Assembly (NCBI GenBank): GCA_039024555.1
Contig: JBCCQQ010000047.1
Location: forward strand, 1-51,021
Reading direction: 5' to 3'
Length of the DNA: 51,021 bases
Source of the DNA: Cyanobacteria bacterium P01_D01_bin.156
GTDB taxonomy: Bacteria > Cyanobacteriota > Cyanobacteriia > Phormidesmidales > Phormidesmidaceae
Below are positions 46,142 to 51,021 of this stretch, piece by piece (position 1 is the stretch's first letter; the number at the start of each line of letters is the position of its first letter). The notes below the pieces were generated by a model. It made no database searches. It saw only the letters and a program-made list of their open reading frames with translations, and was not told where the DNA came from. The position numbers and the translations under genes were made by a program.

Positions 46142-47005
46142 CTAGCCAAAGGTGCGCTTTTGCATCAGCCAGAACCCAGCAAAGGATTCAGACTCCGGGT
46201 TATTTTGCACGGCTACAAAATGTACCTGGTTTGCCTGCTCGCGGGCAGCCATAAACCGCTCGGCTTCCTTTTTTAGCTCTGGGCTGTTCAGTCCTGCCAT
46301 AATCCAGGTGTCATTACTGCCAGTTTCCAACAATAGCTGAGACACCTTACCTATTTGTGCATCCAAGTAAGCCAGTTCCAACCCCGACATCCAACCGGCT
46401 AGGGGTAAGGCCCGCTCCGAAAAAATGAGAATGCCCGGCACCAACGTGTCCGGCGAAATATCGGTCAAATCTAGAGAAAACGCCTCACCAAAGCCAATAT
46501 CCCACTCGGGCATATCTGCCAAATCCTTGGCAGGCAAACTCACCATGGCCCACTGCTGCCCAAGTAAAGCATCTGGTAAGGGGCGGGCTACTTCCACCGG
46601 TTGTAGGGTGGAGGGAGGTTTCCCCGGTTGGTACCCCGGCTGTTCAGGATAAAAATTCTCTCGACGATCATCCAGCCAGCTCTGTAGTCTCAGGGCACGA
46701 CGGCTGAGCTTAGCCGGTAGGCCCAAGTCATCGCAGGCCCGCTTGATCATGTTTTGCATCTGATAGCGAAAGAAGCGAATTCGGGTTGGGGCTTCTTCTG
46801 CCTTCGCTATAGCTTCCTCCAGTGCCTCTTTAAGCTCAATGGAGTTTACCTGTTGATTTGAAACAAACTTACTGTACTGAAACCCACCATTGGGGATATC
46901 TGCAACTGTCTGACTGCCTTCGCAAATCAGAATTTCCCAACGTTTCTTTTTACTGTCATCAAGAATGGGGCGCGAGTAAAAATCAAGTTCCCATACGCTA
47001 CCCAT
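46142..47005 (-). CDS. Tab2/Atab2 family RNA-binding protein
   Basis: 'WELDFYSRPILD..KKRWE', 'RIRFFR', 'LAGWMSGLE', 'FAGFWL'. ATG overlaps the upstream stop (TAATG). Confidence 0.93.
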   Translation of the reverse strand: MGSVWELDFYSRPILDDSKKKRWEILICEGSQTVADIPNGGFQYSKFVSNQQVNSIELKEALEEAIAKAEEAPTRIRFFRYQMQNMIKRACDDLGLPAKLSRRALRLQSWLDDRRENFYPEQPGYQPGKPPSTLQPVEVARPLPDALLGQQWAMVSLPAKDLADMPEWDIGFGEAFSLDLTDISPDTLVPGILIFSERALPLAGWMSGLELAYLDAQIGKVSQLLLETGSNDTWIMAGLNSPELKKEAERFMAAREQANQVHFVAVQNNPESESFAGFWLMQKRTFG

Positions 47006-47883
47006 TAGCCCTCTTGCTCCGCCAGTAGTTTGCCAGGATCGGCCGCTCGCTCAGGAGCCTCTGCCATCAGCTTATCCGCTTCTTTCAAAATCTCGCCGGG
47101 GTACTTTTCTAGCACCTTGGTGGATAGGCTAATGCGCCCGCGCTCTTCGTCCAGGTTCAGTACCACCGCTTTGACCGGTTGACCCACCTCAAACACATCA
47201 CCGATGGAGGGTACAAAACTCTTACTAATCTGTTTAACGTGGAGTAAGCCGCGTACGCCATCAAAGTCAACAAATACGCCAAAGGGTTTGATAGACCCCA
47301 CTTTGCCATCCACCAGCTGACCCGGAGTCAGCTGCCCTAGAGCTGTAGTACGGGCTGCATTACGCCCTGATAGTACCAGTTTGTTGTTGGCTTCGCTGAC
47401 TTCTAAAAAAGCAACAGAAACAGTTTGCCCCACAAGTGCCGCTAAATCTTCCGGTGCATTCACCAAGTGAGAGCGGGGAATAAAACCGCGCAAACCTTCT
47501 ACATCGGCAATAACACCACCCTTGTTAGTACCCGTAATGGCGACATCGAGAATATCTTTGCTTTCAGCCCGCTGCTCCAGCTGTGCCCAGACTTCCTTAA
47601 TTTCTAGCTTGCGGATGGATAAGATCACCTGACCATTGGCATCCTGATCGCGAACAATCAAAAACTGGCGTTCGCTACCCACAGGGGCTGCTTCTTCTAG
47701 GGTGACACCTGAGGCAACAGATGCTTCCCGCAGGGGAAGAAAAGCCGCTGCTTTACCACCAATATCAACATAGGCCCCATCGTCAGTGTGGGTATCTACC
47801 TTGCCCGTGACAGTGGCTCCTTTCTGGAAGTTAAAGTCATGTTGGTCTAGGGCTTTAAGAAAATCGTCAGCAGAAAAAGTCAA
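47005..47883 (-). CDS. S1 RNA-binding domain protein (ribosomal protein S1 homolog B)
   Basis: Three S1 domains ('YVDIGGK', 'NKGG...GLRGFIPRSHL', 'GVFVD...GLLH'). TTG start. Confidence 0.88.
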   Translation of the reverse strand: MTFSADDFLKALDQHDFNFQKGATVTGKVDTHTDDGAYVDIGGKAAAFLPLREASVASGVTLEEAAPVGSERQFLIVRDQDANGQVILSIRKLEIKEVWAQLEQRAESKDILDVAITGTNKGGVIADVEGLRGFIPRSHLVNAPEDLAALVGQTVSVAFLEVSEANNKLVLSGRNAARTTALGQLTPGQLVDGKVGSIKPFGVFVDFDGVRGLLHVKQISKSFVPSIGDVFEVGQPVKAVVLNLDEERGRISLSTKVLEKYPGEILKEADKLMAEAPERAADPGKLLAEQEG

Positions 47884-47982
47884 CGGTCTATAGCCTGTTA
47901 GTCCAGGCTTCCTAAAAAAAGTCAGTTTTCCAAGTGTAAGTCAATTTTCGCTTGGCGGAATCATTAAGTTTTGATAGATTCC

Positions 47983-48711
47983 CTAGGCTAGCGTCTCCGC
48001 AAACAAGGTCTTTACCTTTTCCCAGGCATCGGATGCTGCATCCGGGTTGTAGCTGCCCCTGCGATCGCAAAAGAATCCGTGTCCAGCGCCTTCATATTCA
48101 AAAATCTGATGATCAATGTCGGCAGATACCAATGCTTCGCGAATTTGGTCCACGGTCCCAGTGGGAATAGATGCATCTTCGGTGCCAAAAAAACAGTAGA
48201 GAATGCCTGTAATTTGGGGCGTACGCTCCAGGGCCACCGGTCCTGGACCAAAGGCCGTGTCGGGAATACCCGCCCCATAGAAGGATGCGATCGCAATCGT
48301 TTCCTTGAGGGTGGCTGCCAAATAGGCCACATGACCGCCAAAACAAAAGCCGATACAGCCAACGCCCCCCGCCTTTACCTGGGGCAGGGTGTAGGCATAG
48401 TCGATGGTGGCCTGGATATCGCGCAGCAGTTCATCCGCTTTGGTTTGCACCTTATACTGACGGCCAATGTGAATATCCTCTGGGGTGTAGCCAGTTTCAA
48501 AGCCGGGGGCCTGCCGGTGGTACAGCGCTGGTGCCAGTGCCACGTAGCCTTCTCGGGCAATGCGTTCGGCCACATCACGAATGTGGACATTCACCCCAAA
48601 GATTTCCTGGAGTACCACCACTGCCCCTAAGGGACCTTCCGCCTCTGGAATAGCTACATAGACCGGTAGTTGAAGGTCGCCGCTGGTGACTTTGATGGTG
48701 TTGGTTTGCAT
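47983..48711 (-). CDS. Dienelactone hydrolase family protein
   Basis: 'QEIFGVN', 'GFCFGG' nucleophile elbow, 'HGFFCD'. Confidence 0.93.
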   Translation of the reverse strand: MQTNTIKVTSGDLQLPVYVAIPEAEGPLGAVVVLQEIFGVNVHIRDVAERIAREGYVALAPALYHRQAPGFETGYTPEDIHIGRQYKVQTKADELLRDIQATIDYAYTLPQVKAGGVGCIGFCFGGHVAYLAATLKETIAIASFYGAGIPDTAFGPGPVALERTPQITGILYCFFGTEDASIPTGTVDQIREALVSADIDHQIFEYEGAGHGFFCDRRGSYNPDAASDAWEKVKTLFAETLA

Positions 48712-48944
48712 CGTGGGGGTAGCCGTTGTGCTGCGCTTTTATTCTTGATCGACGCACTCTCTAAACAATGGCCTTAGTGTGAACTTTTGTGTCCCATGAT
48801 AGCTATATGACAATTGTCACATCTCAAAAATCGCTTGGGCGAGTACCCTCATAGGGAGAGTGGGTAGCCTGGTTTTGGTCAATCTAAGTTTTAGATGGCT
48901 ATGTAGGACTAAACTCCCCCATAGACGGCAACCGAGCGCAATCC

Positions 48945-49931
48945 ATGGTGCAATTTCACATTCAAACCGATAGCGAAATTCCGGCTTCTACTCAGCTATA
49001 TGACCAAATTTGGTTTGCGATCGCATCCCGTCAGTATCCGCCGGGGTATCGGTTGCCTAGTACTCGCCAGCTGGCCATGCAAACCGGGCTGCACCGCAAC
49101 ACCATTAGTAAGGTGTATCGCCAGCTCGAAGATGCTGGGGTGGTAGAAGCCCAGCCAGGATCTGGCATTTATGTGCGCACCCAAGGCAATGTGGAAATCG
49201 ACAAGCCCCGCTCGCCGCTATTGGCCCAGTTTCCAAAAGCACAGGAGCTGGTGGAAAGCAGCCTAGATGAACTGCTGCGCCAGGGGTGCTCGTTACATCA
49301 GGCCCGTGAACTATTTTTGGGAGAAATTGACTGGCGGTTGCGCTGTAGCGCGCGGGTATTAGTGACCACGCCTCGCCAGGATATTGGTGCTGGGGAATTG
49401 ATGGTGCGTGAGTTAGAGCAGGCTCTACGCATTCCGGTGCAGTTGGTGCCCCTGGAAGAGTTGGAAGATGTCCTTTCCCAGACACGTTCCGGTACGGTGG
49501 TGACCAGTCGTTACTTTATTAATGAAGCAGAAGCCATTGCCGCACCTAAATCTGTGCGGGTAATTCCCATCGATATCTACGACTATGCTGACGAACTGAA
49601 CCAGCTCAAGGAGCTACCTAAGGATATGTGTCTTGGGTTGGTGAGTCTTAGCTCCGGTATTCTTCGCGCCGCTGAGGTGCTGGCCTACAGTCTGCGGGGG
49701 GATGAGATCCTGGTGATGACGGCTCAGACCGATGATGAACAAAAACTCTCGGCGGTGGTACGCAGTGCCCAAACGATTGCAGCACTGGATAAGGCAAGTT
49801 TCCCTGTGGTAAAAGAAGCCCTGCAGGCGGCTAGAGAAGACATCATTCGCCCGCCAAAAGTCTTCTTCTGTGAGAACTATATTGGTGAGAAATCAATTGA
49901 AGTACTAAAGAGAGAATTAGGCTTAGATTAA
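48945..49931 (+). CDS. plmA: GntR family regulator PlmA
   Basis: 'MVQFHIQTDSEIPASTQL...LPSTRQLAMQTGLHRNTISKVY', 'EIDWRLRCSARVLV'; divergent from dienelactone hydrolase. Confidence 0.88.
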   Translation: MVQFHIQTDSEIPASTQLYDQIWFAIASRQYPPGYRLPSTRQLAMQTGLHRNTISKVYRQLEDAGVVEAQPGSGIYVRTQGNVEIDKPRSPLLAQFPKAQELVESSLDELLRQGCSLHQARELFLGEIDWRLRCSARVLVTTPRQDIGAGELMVRELEQALRIPVQLVPLEELEDVLSQTRSGTVVTSRYFINEAEAIAAPKSVRVIPIDIYDYADELNQLKELPKDMCLGLVSLSSGILRAAEVLAYSLRGDEILVMTAQTDDEQKLSAVVRSAQTIAALDKASFPVVKEALQAAREDIIRPPKVFFCENYIGEKSIEVLKRELGLD

Positions 49932-50143
49932 AAGAGCCTTCCAGGGCTGGCATTGCCATATCTAAAAAAATATCTATCATCAATCTCCTCACCATTGATT
50001 TGATAAATTTTTCTAGGAGATGATGACTTCTATAGAAATGTTTTGCTTATTTCAATAAGCATAATCTGAAGACTTCAGGTACTCCACGGCTCAGCAACGC
50101 GAATCAATTCACAGAATCAAGACTAAACCTCTAAGCAACTGCC

Positions 50144-50845
50144 ATGAAAACCATTGGATTGATCGGTGGAATGAGTTGGGAGTCCTCAATCGAGTATTAC
50201 CGAATTATTAATGAGGCTACCAAGACTAAACTTGGCGGACTGCACTCAGCCAAAAGCATCATGTATTCAGTTGACTTTGCAGAAATCGAAGCATTACAAC
50301 ATCAGGGACATTGGCAGGATGCTGCAGAATTGCTAGTTGTCGCAGCCCAAGGGATTGAGCAAGCCGGAGCAGATTTTGTGGTCCTCTGCACAAATACGAT
50401 GCATAAGCTTGCAGACAAGATTGAAACAAGTATTCAAATTCCACTGCTGCATATTGCCGATGCAACAGCTGAAAAGATCCAGTCCCATGGAATTCAAACG
50501 ATAGGCTTACTGGGAACTCGCTTTACTATGGAGCAAGCATTTTATCGAGGGCGACTGATCGATAAATATGGGTTAGATGTTCTCACGCCTGATAAAGATG
50601 CGAGAGAGATAGTGCATCGTATAATTTACGAGGAATTATGTTGCGGAATTATCGATCCAGAGTCGAGAAAGCAATATATCAAAATTATGAATCGCTTGGT
50701 CGAGTCAGGTGCAGAGGGTATTATTCTCGGTTGTACAGAAATTGAGCTACTTGTACAGCCTGGAGATGCAACTGTTGAATTATTTCCAACAACAAAAATC
50801 CATGCAGAGGCCGCAGTCGAGAAAGCAATAGCTACCATACGGTGA
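50144..50845 (+). CDS. Aspartate/glutamate racemase family protein (YgeA/RacX-like)
   Basis: 'IGLIGGMSWESS', 'CTNTMH', 'ILGCTEI'. Confidence 0.93.
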   Translation: MKTIGLIGGMSWESSIEYYRIINEATKTKLGGLHSAKSIMYSVDFAEIEALQHQGHWQDAAELLVVAAQGIEQAGADFVVLCTNTMHKLADKIETSIQIPLLHIADATAEKIQSHGIQTIGLLGTRFTMEQAFYRGRLIDKYGLDVLTPDKDAREIVHRIIYEELCCGIIDPESRKQYIKIMNRLVESGAEGIILGCTEIELLVQPGDATVELFPTTKIHAEAAVEKAIATIR

Positions 50846-51021
50846 GTCTTATTAGCTTGTCTCCTCCACATAACGAATCGCCCTGAAAGGGAGACACAAC
50901 AGCTAAAGCGTATCTAGGACAGCTTCTATAGCTCTTAGCCCTCGTAAATGATACTCAATTTTGTTTCGGTCGAGTCTCATCAACGCCTGAACGTGTTTGT
51001 GGCAACGGTGCCAAAAAGGAA

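Noticed and set aside
47952..48757. Many alternative ORFs overlapping the dienelactone hydrolase
   Set aside because: Antisense or off-frame shadows with no recognisable motifs. The same applies to other short track ORFs nested in called genes.
5296..49024. Frequent GCGATCGC octamer
   Set aside because: Well-known cyanobacterial HIP1; used only as a taxonomic cue.

Overview
A 51-kb chromosomal window from a cyanobacterium, probably a Leptolyngbya-like filamentous strain. This rests on about 20 HIP1 GCGATCGC octamers and the conserved genes nblR, plmA, Tab2/S1-like and a CYP120-like P450. Most of the window is housekeeping or stress-related: TetR-SDR-SDR-MFS cluster, aminotransferase, FeS-type photolyase, ndk, miaB, ggt, ABC permease and a racemase. 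The best candidate for an uncharacterised system is an AT-rich, tightly coupled three-gene operon at 8752-11489 (-). It encodes MazG + MazG-C, a divergent thymidylate-synthase-fold enzyme, and a family-4 uracil-DNA glycosylase fused to a Panacea-like antitoxin domain. It is flanked by a degenerate ADP-ribosylhydrolase, a PD-(D/E)XK nuclease-like gene and a MITE, and may be a modified-nucleotide or anti-phage system. Other notable items: three tandem dCache-HAMP receptors with no recognisable output domain, a TIR-TM-WD40 receptor-like protein, a small Gly-pentad protein with a His/Met ladder, and two small genes missing from the ORF track (a 50-aa ribbon-helix-helix protein and a 39-aa membrane peptide). 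I saw no rRNA, tRNA, CRISPR array, integrase or transposase. All calls are by eye from motifs; no database searches were run.
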